This document shows, one piece after another, positions 10,639 to 20,408 of a stretch of 64,000 nt of DNA (position 1 is its first letter; the number at the start of each line of letters is the position of its first letter). Location: positions 128,001 to 192,000 of the forward strand of contig JBFWJC010000001.1 of the NCBI GenBank assembly GCA_050253415.1, in the 5' to 3' direction. The notes under the pieces are model-generated. The model was not told the origin of the DNA and made no database searches. It saw only the letters and a list, made by a program, of their open reading frames with translations. This DNA comes from Pedobacter sp. Lineage in GTDB: Bacteria; Desulfobacterota; Desulfuromonadia; Desulfuromonadales; Syntrophotaleaceae. A program made the translations under genes and the position numbers.

Positions 10639-11022
10639 ATGGCCAAGATCAATTCTCTGGCAGAACTGCAGAAAAAGCGAGCTGAGCTACAGGCTGCTAA
10701 AAACAAGACCATAAGCGAAAAAATCCTCGTCAGAGTATCTCTGGCGACCTGCAGCATCGCTTCCGGCGGTAAGGAAATGCTGGAAGCCATGATGACAGAG
10801 TGTGCTGCCCAGGGTATCACTGACATCGTGTTCAAACGGGTTGGTTGCCAGACCTACTGCTACGCCGAACCTACCGCTGAAGTTACCCTGCCCGGCAAAG
10901 AGCCTGTTACCTTTGGCTACCTCAAAGGGGACAAGGTCAAGGAACTGGTCCAGAAATACATCAAACGCGGCGAATTGATCGAAGGGGTTATTCCGGTCAA
11001 CTACGAGTGCATTGTTTTTTAA
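10639..11022 (+). CDS. Thioredoxin-like [2Fe-2S] ferredoxin domain protein (HndB/HydB-N-like)
   Basis: VSLATCSIASG...VGCQTYCYAEP..V pattern. GGAGG RBS. Confidence 0.8.
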   Translation: MAKINSLAELQKKRAELQAAKNKTISEKILVRVSLATCSIASGGKEMLEAMMTECAAQGITDIVFKRVGCQTYCYAEPTAEVTLPGKEPVTFGYLKGDKVKELVQKYIKRGELIEGVIPVNYECIVF

Positions 11023-11294
11023 TTTAGGGAGAATCCTCTTAGAATAGTCAGCCGCAACAGCTGATTCATCAATCCGGAATCCATGTGCCCCCTGACTACC
11101 CCCAGTCTTATTGAGTCCCGTTAGAGGCGACAGCGATGCCGGCACAGGGGGGCTCGCTTTAACTAGGGATTTATAGGTCACCTGCATGCTCGGTGGGGTG
11201 CAGGCAAAAACATGTGGCTCCATCCAAATTGGAATGGATACCAGACTGGTTGCAATCTGCAGAAAAGGCAATATTGCCCACCAGTCAGGCGGCA

Positions 11295-11755
11295 TCAGGA
11301 TTTGGCGGCAAGCGTCTCGCGCACCAGGCTGAGAAAAGACCTCATGCCGAGGATGGCGTCGAGATCGCTTATTTCCACCACTCTGGCCGGAGTGCGGCCC
11401 ATGTGTTTGAGCCAGTCTTCGAGTTTGCGACGGCAGGAGCAGCCGCTGCGGTAAACCAGTATCGACAAGGCAAACTCCTGATCCATCGGAAGCTCGATTA
11501 CGCATGCTACCACCATCTCTTCGCACAGCACTTCTTCTGCAATAATGTCAGAATGGTCCATCTGGCCACCAACGAATACCCCTCCACCGCATAATCGAGC
11601 ACCCGCTCGACCAATTCGCCGCTTGTACCGATACTCAATTGCAGATCGGTTTCGGCATGATCCCGATGGTAACGGGCCAGCAACGCCGGCAAATGCACCA
11701 CAGCCTCCGTATCGATGACACCAAGGCGCAGTGGCCCACGGGGCGCGCGGGATGC
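11295..11755 (-). pseudogene. Degenerate partial copy of the lysR at 12736-13605
   Basis: Highly similar DNA to the lysR 3' part. It lacks the HTH and has a 1-nt frameshift near 11580 and an internal deletion near 11345. Confidence 0.9.
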
Positions 11756-11957
11756 CCCGCCACAAAGACCGACTGGATACAGAGTTACCCCTATTGCAGC
11801 GATCATCAGCCCTTTAGTTCAGATAAAGGCAAATTGTACTGAACGCTTTACTTCCAACTTTTTTTAAACTATCTTGATGCGTAAATGTTAATTTGTGTAA
11901 CACATTGATAACAATTGGCTAAAATTTCGACGAGGTATTCAAAAAGGGGGGGGTAAA

Positions 11958-12614
11958 ATGGTTCGTATCCGTAATATTGTTGTGGCGTTATTTGTGGTCA
12001 TGCTCATCGGCGGGACAGCATGTGCCCAGGACAAGCTTGATTATTCGGGTCCATACATTGGTGCTTTTGTGGGCCATTCATGGGTTAACCTGGAATATTC
12101 CGAACCGAGCTATCCTGAAGATGCCCTTAATCCTGATATGAATGGATTTGTCGGTGGACTTTACTTCGGCCACAACTATAGGATCGATAACCTTGTATTA
12201 GGCTTTGAAACCGACGCAGGTCTTTGTGACCTGAGTGAGGGCGCCGACGACGATAACTCCTTCAATACTTGGTCAGCCTTTGATATTGATTGGGATGCAC
12301 ACCTTCGAGCAAGAGCGGGCTTTGTCTACAACACCACACTGTTCTATGTTGCCGGGGGTCTGGCACTTGCGAAGGTTGACGTTGATGATACAGATTCAGG
12401 CTATGGAGGGGACAATGCCATTCATGCTGGTTGGACGATTGGCGCTGGCATTGAGCAAAAGATAACCGAGCATCTGACTGCACGGTTTGAATATCTTTAT
12501 GACGACTACGGTAGCGAGAGTTACTCGATTGAAGTGACGGGGTTTGCCCCATACCAGGCGAATGTCGATTTGGAGATTCATACCGCTCGTATTGGCTTGG
12601 CATACTCTTTCTAA
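11958..12614 (+). CDS. Outer-membrane beta-barrel protein (Omp25/Omp31/RopB-like)
   Basis: Signal peptide, SGPYIG, LRARAGF, GWTIGAGIE, EYLYDDYG and a terminal F (IGLAYSF). Confidence 0.85.
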   Translation: MVRIRNIVVALFVVMLIGGTACAQDKLDYSGPYIGAFVGHSWVNLEYSEPSYPEDALNPDMNGFVGGLYFGHNYRIDNLVLGFETDAGLCDLSEGADDDNSFNTWSAFDIDWDAHLRARAGFVYNTTLFYVAGGLALAKVDVDDTDSGYGGDNAIHAGWTIGAGIEQKITEHLTARFEYLYDDYGSESYSIEVTGFAPYQANVDLEIHTARIGLAYSF

Positions 12615-12735
12615 ATGACTCCACGGGCGGCGTGTGAAAAGAACCGCCGATCCATAAGAAATAACATGGTCTGCCCCTTCCGGGCGGGCCATTCTTATTA
12701 GCCCCCATCCCCCCAAGCCATCAAAAAGGTCTACC

Positions 12736-13605
12736 TCATTCGCTGGTGGCAAGCGTCTCGCGCACCAGCCCGAGAAAAAACCGCATTGCCGGTGAAGGCT
12801 TGACATCACGCCGACGAATGAACTGAATCGGCAGGCAATCGAAGGGCGGCGCTACGGCGTACACTTGCACCAGCGAACAAAAAGGTTCGCGGGTGACGAA
12901 GCTGCGGGGCAGCATGGTGATACCCATGCCGGCGCCGACACAGCCGAGGATGGCGTCGAGAGCGCCCATTTCAACCACCCTGGCCGGAGTGCGTCCCATG
13001 TGTTTGAGCCAGTCTTCGAGCTTGCGACGGCAGGAGCAGCCGCTGCGGTAAACCAGTATCGACAAGGCCGATTCCTCATCCATCGGAAGCTCGGTTCCAC
13101 TTGCCACCACAACCAGCTCTTCGCACAGCACTTCTTCTGCTACAATGTCAGGATGGTCCACCTGGCCACCAACGAATGCCCCCTCCACCGCATAATCGAG
13201 CACCCGTTCGATCATTTCGCCACTGGCACCGGTGCTCAATTGCAGATCGACATCCGGGTGATCCCGGTGGTAATGGGCCAGCAATGCCGGCAGATGCACC
13301 ACGGCCGCCGTATCCATGGCACCGAGGCGCAGCGGCCCACGGGGAGCGCTGGATGGCTCAAGGGCGACCCGCGCCTCATGAAGCAGGTGCGCAACGGAGC
13401 GGGCATAAGGCAGCAGAAGATTCCCGGCGCTCGAGAGCCCCATTCCCTTGCGGGTGCGGTGAAAAAGCTCGGCTCCCAGGTCTGTTTCAAGTTTACGAAT
13501 GCGCGCCGTGACATTCGACTGCACACAGTGCAAGCGCTCGGCAGCCCTTGAGACACTCCCCTCCTCGGCAACCGCCAGGAAAATTTTCAAAGCGTTAGAA
13601 TCCAT
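12736..13605 (-). CDS. LysR-type transcriptional regulator
   Basis: HTH GSVSRAAERLHCVQSNVTARIRKLE followed by a substrate-binding domain. Confidence 0.93.
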   Translation of the reverse strand: MDSNALKIFLAVAEEGSVSRAAERLHCVQSNVTARIRKLETDLGAELFHRTRKGMGLSSAGNLLLPYARSVAHLLHEARVALEPSSAPRGPLRLGAMDTAAVVHLPALLAHYHRDHPDVDLQLSTGASGEMIERVLDYAVEGAFVGGQVDHPDIVAEEVLCEELVVVASGTELPMDEESALSILVYRSGCSCRRKLEDWLKHMGRTPARVVEMGALDAILGCVGAGMGITMLPRSFVTREPFCSLVQVYAVAPPFDCLPIQFIRRRDVKPSPAMRFFLGLVRETLATSE

Positions 13606-13613
13606 GCTTCCTA

Positions 13614-13659
13614 TCTCAAAAAGTGAAGTTTATGCATAATTATAATCATTTGACGTGAT
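13614..13659. promoter_or_regulatory. Two LTTR T-N11-A boxes in the divergent promoter
   Basis: tctc-aaaaa-gtga at 13614-13626 and atcat-ttgac-gtgat at 13645-13659. Confidence 0.5.
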
Positions 13660-13727
13660 TGATGGTAGCCCTTATAGTGACTTTGTTGTTTTTTCATTTC
13701 CAATTGATTGTGTGAGGAGACGCGGCC

Positions 13728-14027
13728 ATGGATCCAGCACCCAACACCGAAATTCGTATGTTCGGCTTATTGCACACCGCCCGCAAAGACAGGGGGCTTC
13801 CGCCCAAAGCGCAACTCTACATCCCACCGGAGGGGCGCATCGCACAGGATATCGCCGAAGAACTCGAACTCCCTATGGATAAAATCGAGGGGGTATTCGT
13901 CAACCATCTCGTCTACGCCCTGGATCATAAGATTCATGCCGGTGACGAGGTGGCGTTTATCTCCCGAGGGGTCCCCGGCCCGCATCGCTATAATCTCGGC
14001 ATCCATAGTGCCGGAAAGAAAGCCTGA
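13728..14027 (+). CDS. MoaD/ThiS-like ubiquitin-fold protein without C-terminal GG
   Basis: IRMFG..., VFVN, GDEVAF followed by GVPGPHR. AGGAG RBS. Confidence 0.75.
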   Translation: MDPAPNTEIRMFGLLHTARKDRGLPPKAQLYIPPEGRIAQDIAEELELPMDKIEGVFVNHLVYALDHKIHAGDEVAFISRGVPGPHRYNLGIHSAGKKA

Positions 14028-14052
14028 CCTCCTCTAGCTTGGAGCAAAGTCC

Positions 14053-15159
14053 ATGACCAAACTGTTTTCGCCGGCAAGCATCGGCGGCATGTCCCTGCGC
14101 AACCGCACCGTGCGCTCGGCAACCTGGGAAGGCATCGCCGCCGATAACGGCGCGACAACACCGCAACTGATCGACCTGATGGCCACCCTGGCCGGCAACG
14201 ACATCGGTCTGATCATCACCGGTCACGCCTTCGTAAGCCCGGAGGGACGGGCATGTCCCTGGCAGATGGGGGTGCACGACGACTTCATGCTGGAAGGCCT
14301 GACAGCCATGGCCACTGCAGTCCATGCCCAGGGAGGGCGTATCGCCCTGCAGATCGCCCATGCCGGCTGCTACGGAGCGCAGCCGCTTTCCGGGTTGGAG
14401 CCTATCGGGCCCTCGGCCATGGACGACAGCAAAGCGCCGGTGTGCCGCGCCATGACTGCAGCGGATATCCGCCAGGTCACCGAATCCTTTGCCGCCGGTG
14501 CCGTCAGGGCCCAAAAGGCCGGATTCGACGCGGTACAGATTCACGCCGCCCACGGCTACCTGCTCAGCGAATTCCTGTCGCCTTACTTCAACCAGCGCAC
14601 CGATGAATACGGTGGTCCGGTGGAAAATCGCGCCCGTCTGGTGCTGGAGGTCTATCAGGCGATACGCGCCGCGGTCGGGCCGGACTACCCGGTACTGATC
14701 AAGCTCAATTCGGAGGATTTTGTTGAAGGCGGGGTAAAGGTCGAGGATATGCTGACCGTCGCCGGGATGCTGCAGCTGGCCGGAATCGATGCGGTGGAGA
14801 TGAGCGGCGGCACCATCTACGCCTCGGGCGAAATGAGCTCTCTACGCTCCGGCCGCATCGACACCCCCGACCGGGAGGTCTACTACCGCCAGGCTGCCGA
14901 GCTGTTCAAACAGCGCCTGTCGGTGCCGTTGATTCTGGTTGGCGGCATCCTCTCCTTCGAGGTTGCCGAGGCCCTGCTGACCGACAGCACCGCCGATTTT
15001 GTCGCACTGAGCCGCAGCCTGATCCGCGAGCCGGGCCTGATCCGCCGCTGGCACCAGGGCGACCACAGCAAAGCACGCTGCCTGCTGTGCAACGGCTGCC
15101 TTGGACCGATCATGCAAGGCCAGGGGCCGCGCTGCATCCTGGAAAAAAAGGCTGTCTGA
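14053..15159 (+). CDS. NADH:flavin oxidoreductase (Old Yellow Enzyme family) with C-terminal Cys cluster
   Basis: LRNRTVRSAT, QIAHAG, AGFDAVQIHAAHGYLLSEFLSP, NQRTDEYGG and CLLCNGC...C. Confidence 0.92.
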   Translation: MTKLFSPASIGGMSLRNRTVRSATWEGIAADNGATTPQLIDLMATLAGNDIGLIITGHAFVSPEGRACPWQMGVHDDFMLEGLTAMATAVHAQGGRIALQIAHAGCYGAQPLSGLEPIGPSAMDDSKAPVCRAMTAADIRQVTESFAAGAVRAQKAGFDAVQIHAAHGYLLSEFLSPYFNQRTDEYGGPVENRARLVLEVYQAIRAAVGPDYPVLIKLNSEDFVEGGVKVEDMLTVAGMLQLAGIDAVEMSGGTIYASGEMSSLRSGRIDTPDREVYYRQAAELFKQRLSVPLILVGGILSFEVAEALLTDSTADFVALSRSLIREPGLIRRWHQGDHSKARCLLCNGCLGPIMQGQGPRCILEKKAV

Positions 15160-15232
15160 CCGAGGGGTGAAAGGCTAGGATAACTACTTAGCAACCCGCG
15201 CGAACCGTCCGTTGCCCCCATACAAAACAATA

Positions 15233-15279
15233 AAGCCACCGTAACGAGCCATATCAGCTCTAACGGTGGCTTATTTATT
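15233..15279. terminator. Terminator-like hairpin after the OYE gene
   Basis: aagccaccgt...acggtggctt followed by a T-rich tract. Confidence 0.6.
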
Positions 15280-15301
15280 TGCAGATCCATTAAATCAAGC
15301 A

Positions 15302-15390
15302 TGAACAGGGATACACAGGATGTTCAGGAAAAAATCTTGAACTCCGAATCTTTGGTTTTAATTCTGCCCATCCTGTTATATCCCTGTTCA
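15302..15390. repeat. Palindromic REP/MITE-like element
   Basis: Imperfect terminal inverted repeat tgaacagggatacacaggatg ... catcctgttatatccctgttca. Confidence 0.6.
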
Positions 15391-15480
15391 AAAAGAATTT
15401 ACCCTAAGCCTTTGTGCTTCAAAAAACAGCGGCCATGGAGCCCTGTTCAGCGAGATCCCCCTACCCGCCCCTTTCCGACA

Positions 15481-16221
15481 TCAGATATCCTCTCGCCTGG
15501 ATGATTTGCCGAACAAACGTGCGACTATGATGCCGACTTCGTAAAGCAGCATAAAAGGCACGGCCAGGGACAGCTGGGAGATGATATCCGGCGGGGTCAA
15601 TATCGCACCGACCAAAAAAGCAACCAATACGGCATACTTGCGGTGGCGGGCCAACCAGTGGTGATCGACGATGCCCATGCGGGCAAGAAAGAATATAACG
15701 ATGGGCAGTTCAAAGACCAGACCGAAGGCCAACAGTAATTTACTGCTCAAGGACAGATAGGCTCCCATGGAAAGCATGGCCTGGATATCGCCGCTGCCAG
15801 TACCGAACCGGACCAGGAAACTGAAGACCATGGGAAAGACATACAGAAAACCGAACCAGGTACCGGTGGCAAAGCAGGCGCAACTGGCCAGCACAAACGG
15901 CAGCGCGATACGTTTTTCGTTACCGTACAAGCCGGGGGCAACAAACCGCCACAGCTGCCAGAAAATCACCGGTAGCGCAAGCAGCAATCCGGCGAATGCC
16001 GCGATCTTCAGGTAGGTAAAAAAGGGTTCGGTTGCTTCGATGAAGACCAGCGAACTGCCTTGCGGCAACGCATCTCTGACCGGGCGGGCAATAAACTGGA
16101 AGAGCTGTTCGGCAAAGCTGTAGCAAAGCACAAAGGCCGGCACCCATGCGCAGGCGCAGATGATCAGGCGACGGCGCAGTTCGGCAAGATGACCGGTGAT
16201 GGACAATTCAGCCATGGACAT
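15481..16221 (-). CDS. tatC: Twin-arginine translocase subunit TatC
   Basis: [29 protein letters not shown] and LTPPD motifs. Confidence 0.95.
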   Translation of the reverse strand: MSMAELSITGHLAELRRRLIICACAWVPAFVLCYSFAEQLFQFIARPVRDALPQGSSLVFIEATEPFFTYLKIAAFAGLLLALPVIFWQLWRFVAPGLYGNEKRIALPFVLASCACFATGTWFGFLYVFPMVFSFLVRFGTGSGDIQAMLSMGAYLSLSSKLLLAFGLVFELPIVIFFLARMGIVDHHWLARHRKYAVLVAFLVGAILTPPDIISQLSLAVPFMLLYEVGIIVARLFGKSSRREDI

Positions 16222-16404
16222 TATCTTCGTCTTTCTGTCATGAAAACGTCGAGCAACGCACCCTGAAACAAAGGCTAAATTGCCTTTTCATGGTTTTAGG
16301 TCGGACAAAAGATCCGTGAAAAACGGCCCACCCCGCTGCTGTTTGCGTTTAATCCCCTGACCGAGGACGCAGGGCCCTAGGTCAGGGTGAATCACACCGC
16401 CTGT

Positions 16405-16569
16405 TTATTCCGGTTTGATTTCGATATCGTCCTTACCATCAGCGGCGCGGCGGAAGTTTTTGATACCCTTGCCGAGGGCTCCCCCGATTTCCGGCAGCTT
16501 GCCGGCGCCGAAAATGACCATGACAATGACCAATATAATCAAGAGTTCCGAAGCACCCAATCCAAACAT
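16405..16569 (-). CDS. tatA: TatA/E (54 aa; absent from ORF track)
   Basis: Manual translation [62 protein letters not shown]. Confidence 0.93.
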   Translation of the reverse strand: MFGLGASELLIILVIVMVIFGAGKLPEIGGALGKGIKNFRRAADGKDDIEIKPE

Positions 16570-16642
16570 AACTTTTCCTCCAAAACGGGTTTAATGACTC
16601 AGGCAACCGAAGGGCCGGAGTCAATGCGTGATTTTTCGTGGA

Positions 16643-16861
16643 TCACGTGTTGCTTTGCCTGGAACCTTCCAGCGGGTCCGGCTCGGGACTACTCTCCTTC
16701 AAAGAGTGAGCCAGTGGCTCCTGCAGCTCGCGGGTCGCGCGCTTGAACTCGGCCATTCCTTTGCCCAGACCGCGGGCCAGTTCGGGTAATTTGCTCGGAC
16801 CCAGGACAACCAGAGCAATCGCCAGGATCATCAATAATTCGGGCATACCGATATTAAACAT
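16643..16861 (-). CDS. tatB: TatB-like (TatA/B family) subunit
   Basis: [28 protein letters not shown], with the GP hinge typical of TatB. Confidence 0.75.
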   Translation of the reverse strand: MFNIGMPELLMILAIALVVLGPSKLPELARGLGKGMAEFKRATRELQEPLAHSLKESSPEPDPLEGSRQSNT

Positions 16862-16912
16862 GCAGCAGTTTCCTCGCTTGAAGGGGTTAACATCTTCCCT
16901 ATCCCGGAAAAT

Positions 16913-17827
16913 TCAGCGACCGTCCAAAGGCACTCGGGTCCGGCATTCCAACCGGCTGCCCAGCATCCAGGATACCCCGAATACAAGCAGGGCGCCGCAA
17001 AAACCGGCCAGCATGATGCTCAGTTGCGGATGGCTCACTGCCGGCAAGCGGTAACCGGCCAGCGGGGCAAACCTACCGGGTGCCCGGCCCAATATCCCCA
17101 ACTGCGTGGTTACCCGTTCCAGACCATCAGGCAGGCCACTGGCCCAGGGGCTCAGCATCAACGCGGCACATGCCAGCACCAACGGTCGTTCGATGACGGC
17201 CATGCGGGTCTCCTTGGCGGAGCACTGCACCAGGACCAGATACAGGGCAGCGCTGAGAAGCCCTTCACCGATACCGATCCAGGCATGGGTACCTAACATG
17301 GCTCCGGCTACGGTGGCAAAAGACGTCACCCCGAATGCCGCCAATTCCACGCTGACCGCCAGCGCCGCCAGCATCACCGATAACCAGCCGCCGCCGGCCA
17401 ACACCAGCGCCCGGCGGGGGAGCGACAGATCGGGGCGACGATGCAGCAGCATCCGCAGCACGCCGCCGACACCGACGCCAAGCAGAGCCATGTTGAGAAC
17501 ATTGGCGCCCAGACTCACCAATCCGCCATCACCGAAGGCCAGCGCCTGAACGCCCAACACCAGGGTCATGGCCAGCACGGCGAAGGGCGTGCCAAGCAAC
17601 ACAGCCGCCAGCGTGGCACCCAACAGGTGGCCGGAGGTGCCGGAACTAATCGGAAAGTTGAGCAACTGCGCCGCAAACAGCATCGCCGCCACTGCCGCAA
17701 AACGCGCGACCTTCGGCTTGTCTTTACTGCCTGCCGCCATCACAACGGCAGCGGTCACGCCCAGCAGCGCAACACCCGCGGTTACCGGGCAAACGACGCC
17801 ATGTAACATGTTATCCGGAATATGCAT
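16913..17827 (-). CDS. ECF-type Ni/Co transporter S component (NikM/CbiM fused to PDGLE/NikN-like domain)
   Basis: N-terminal MHIPD, GTSGHLLG, GDGG..LGAN and PDGLE. Confidence 0.88.
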   Translation of the reverse strand: MHIPDNMLHGVVCPVTAGVALLGVTAAVVMAAGSKDKPKVARFAAVAAMLFAAQLLNFPISSGTSGHLLGATLAAVLLGTPFAVLAMTLVLGVQALAFGDGGLVSLGANVLNMALLGVGVGGVLRMLLHRRPDLSLPRRALVLAGGGWLSVMLAALAVSVELAAFGVTSFATVAGAMLGTHAWIGIGEGLLSAALYLVLVQCSAKETRMAVIERPLVLACAALMLSPWASGLPDGLERVTTQLGILGRAPGRFAPLAGYRLPAVSHPQLSIMLAGFCGALLVFGVSWMLGSRLECRTRVPLDGR

Positions 17828-18014
17828 CATTTTCTCCTTTTGCTGTTAACGAAATTTTTGCCTGGAGATACTGCTCACTAAAAAACCTGCGCGGCAGCCT
17901 TGCTTCCCAACACGGTTGCTACAGAGAACTGAAGAAGGGCTTTTATTTTGCGCATTCGCAAAAGACGTAGAAAATCCTTGCGAAATGGCGGGCCAATACG
18001 AATAGTTGGTCGCT

Positions 18015-19025
18015 TCAGCAAATACGCGGCAACTGTTCGCCGGAAAGCATCTCCACCGCGCGCATGCCTCCTACCAGGGTTTCCATCTGCACCCGACCAC
18101 CGCCGACGGCAGTCACCTCGCCGATAATCGCGGCTTCCGCGCCCAGCGGATGTTGCCGCATACGTTGGAGCACCCGCTCAGCAGCCTGGCCGTCAACAAT
18201 CGCCAGCAGCTTGCCTTCGTTGGCCACATACAGCGGATCGAGGCCAAGCAGCGCACAGACGCCGCGCACCGGTGCTTTAAGGGGCAGCGCCGCCTCATCC
18301 AGAGTAATGGATACCTCCGACTGCAGGGCGATCTCTTTAAGGGTGGTAGCCACCCCGCCCCGGGTAGGGTCCCGCAGCACATGAATCGCTTCCCCTTCCT
18401 CAAGTAGATCTTTGACCAGATGGTTGAGCGCCGCGCTATCGCTGCAGATAGCGGTTTCCAACTCCAGACCTTCGCGACGGGCCATCACGGCAATGCCGTG
18501 ATCGCCGATGGTACCGTTGATCAGCACCTTGTCACCGACCTGCGCATTGGCGCCACTGATCTGCAGGCCGGACGGCACCAGGCCGATACCGGAGGTGTTG
18601 ATGAAGATCCGGTCGGCCTTGCCACGCGGCACCACTTTGGTATCGCCGGTAGCGATGGACACCCCCGCCAGATCAGCGGCCCGACGCATAGCCGTGAGGA
18701 TTTCGCTTAACTCCCGGCGGCTGAAGCCTTCCTCCAGAATCAGGCCGACACTGATGGCCAGCGGCTGGGCACCGACCATGGCCAGATCGTTGACCGTGCC
18801 GTTGATAGCCAGATCGCCGATGTTGCCGCCCGGGAAAAACACCGGATCGACCACGTAGGAATCGGTGGTAAAGGCCAGCCGTCCGCCGTCGTGATCGAGC
18901 AGCGCCGCATCGTTCTGCCCGGCCAGGGGGACGCCGGAGAGGGTCGGGATAATTAACTGCTCCAGCAGTTGATGGGATAGCTTGCCGCCACTACCGTGGC
19001 CGAGAAGAATCAGATCCGAGTCCAC
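18015..19025 (-). CDS. hypE: Hydrogenase maturation protein HypE
   Basis: HGSGG, TTDSYVV, GTVNDL, DPTRGG, ANEG and C-terminal PRIC. GTG start after a GGGAG RBS. Confidence 0.96.
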   Translation of the reverse strand: MDSDLILLGHGSGGKLSHQLLEQLIIPTLSGVPLAGQNDAALLDHDGGRLAFTTDSYVVDPVFFPGGNIGDLAINGTVNDLAMVGAQPLAISVGLILEEGFSRRELSEILTAMRRAADLAGVSIATGDTKVVPRGKADRIFINTSGIGLVPSGLQISGANAQVGDKVLINGTIGDHGIAVMARREGLELETAICSDSAALNHLVKDLLEEGEAIHVLRDPTRGGVATTLKEIALQSEVSITLDEAALPLKAPVRGVCALLGLDPLYVANEGKLLAIVDGQAAERVLQRMRQHPLGAEAAIIGEVTAVGGGRVQMETLVGGMRAVEMLSGEQLPRIC

Positions 19026-19077
19026 TGTGTACTCCCGATAAAGATTAAAGGGGTGGTTCTTACCGCGAACCGGGGCT

Positions 19078-20178
19078 TCATACCGAAGTCGGCCCGTACT
19101 TGTAGGCCGCAGCACAGCTGCCCTCCGACGACACCATGCAAGCCCCCACCGGGTTTTCCGGGGTGCAGGCTTTACCAAACAGCGGGCAATCTCCGGGACC
19201 TATCTTGCCCTTGAGGATATCGCCGCACCGGCAGCCCGCCGCTTCGTGTGACTGTTCCACCGCCACCGGCAGAGCCCTGGCGGCATCGAACGCCGCATAC
19301 CTATCGGCGATGGCCAGACCACTGTTCGGAATCACGCCAATCCCGCGCCAGGCGGTATCGACCGGGACGAACACCTCAGCCAGCAATGCCTGGGCCTGGC
19401 GATTGCCTTCCCAGGTGACGAAGCGGCGGTACTGGATCTCCACGGCGCTGCGGTTTTCCATCCGCTGAGCCACCAGCATGGCCACCCCTTGCAGGATGTC
19501 GGCCGGTTCAAACCCGGTCACCACGCAGGGCACCCCGTGCTGTTCGGCCAGGAAACGGTAGGCACCACCGCCGATCACGGTGCTGACATGGGCCGGGCAT
19601 AAATATCCGTCGATCCCCAGGTCGGGATCGGCGGACAGGACCTGCATCGGGACGGGGATGGTCTTGTGGGCGCCGAGTACGAAGTAATTGTTCAGGCCCT
19701 GTTTGGCCACAGTCTGAATGCTGGCGGCGACGGTCGGTGCGGTGGTTTCGAATCCGACCCCGAGAAACACCACCTGCTTATCGGGATGTTTGGCCGCCAG
19801 GGCCACGGCATCGAGGCTGGAATAGACGATGCGCACATCCGCGCCGCGGGCACGCTCCTGCATCAGGCTGGAGGAGGAACCGGGCACCCGAAGCATGTCG
19901 CCAAAGGTCGCGACGATAGTCTGCGGCCGGCGGGCATAGGCCACCGCCTGATCGACGTAACCCACCGGGGTAACACACACCGGGCAGCCGGGTCCGGAGA
20001 TCAGTCGCACCTGCGGCGACAGCAAACTGCGCAGCCCGTACTGGTAGATAGACATGGTGTGGGTACCGCAGACCTCCATGAAGGTCAGCGGCCGGTCAAG
20101 ACCGCAGGTCAGCGCGATGATGCGCTCGGCCAACCCGCGCACGATCTCCCGGTTGCGGAAGGCATCCGAATAGTTCAT
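19078..20178 (-). CDS. hypD: Hydrogenase maturation protein HypD
   Basis: MEVCGTHT, GPGCPVC, GFETT and CMVSSEGSC. Confidence 0.96.
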   Translation of the reverse strand: MNYSDAFRNREIVRGLAERIIALTCGLDRPLTFMEVCGTHTMSIYQYGLRSLLSPQVRLISGPGCPVCVTPVGYVDQAVAYARRPQTIVATFGDMLRVPGSSSSLMQERARGADVRIVYSSLDAVALAAKHPDKQVVFLGVGFETTAPTVAASIQTVAKQGLNNYFVLGAHKTIPVPMQVLSADPDLGIDGYLCPAHVSTVIGGGAYRFLAEQHGVPCVVTGFEPADILQGVAMLVAQRMENRSAVEIQYRRFVTWEGNRQAQALLAEVFVPVDTAWRGIGVIPNSGLAIADRYAAFDAARALPVAVEQSHEAAGCRCGDILKGKIGPGDCPLFGKACTPENPVGACMVSSEGSCAAAYKYGPTSV

Positions 20179-20408
20179 GGCTGCCCCATTCCCAGTTCCA
20201 GGCATTCGCGCATCAGGTTCAGGGTGGCTTGCGCCTCATCCTCATCCAGTTTGCTGATGGCGAAACCGGCGTGAATCAGCACATAATCACCGATCGCCAC
20301 CGACTCGCCGAGCATCAGCAAGCTCGCCGGTCGTTTTACCCCGTCGATTTCGGCAACCACGGTTTCACCGTTGCTGCTTATCACTTTCATCGGTACCGCT
20401 AAACACAT
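20175..20408 (-). CDS. hypC: Hydrogenase chaperone HypC
   Basis: MCLAVP N-terminus and GDYVLIHAGFAI. Confidence 0.95.
   Translation of the reverse strand: MCLAVPMKVISSNGETVVAEIDGVKRPASLLMLGESVAIGDYVLIHAGFAISKLDEDEAQATLNLMRECLELGMGQP

Noticed and set aside
17831..18014. Cobalamin or NiCo riboswitch or NikR site upstream of the first nikM-like gene
   Set aside because: No B12-box or clear palindromic operator was recognised by eye.
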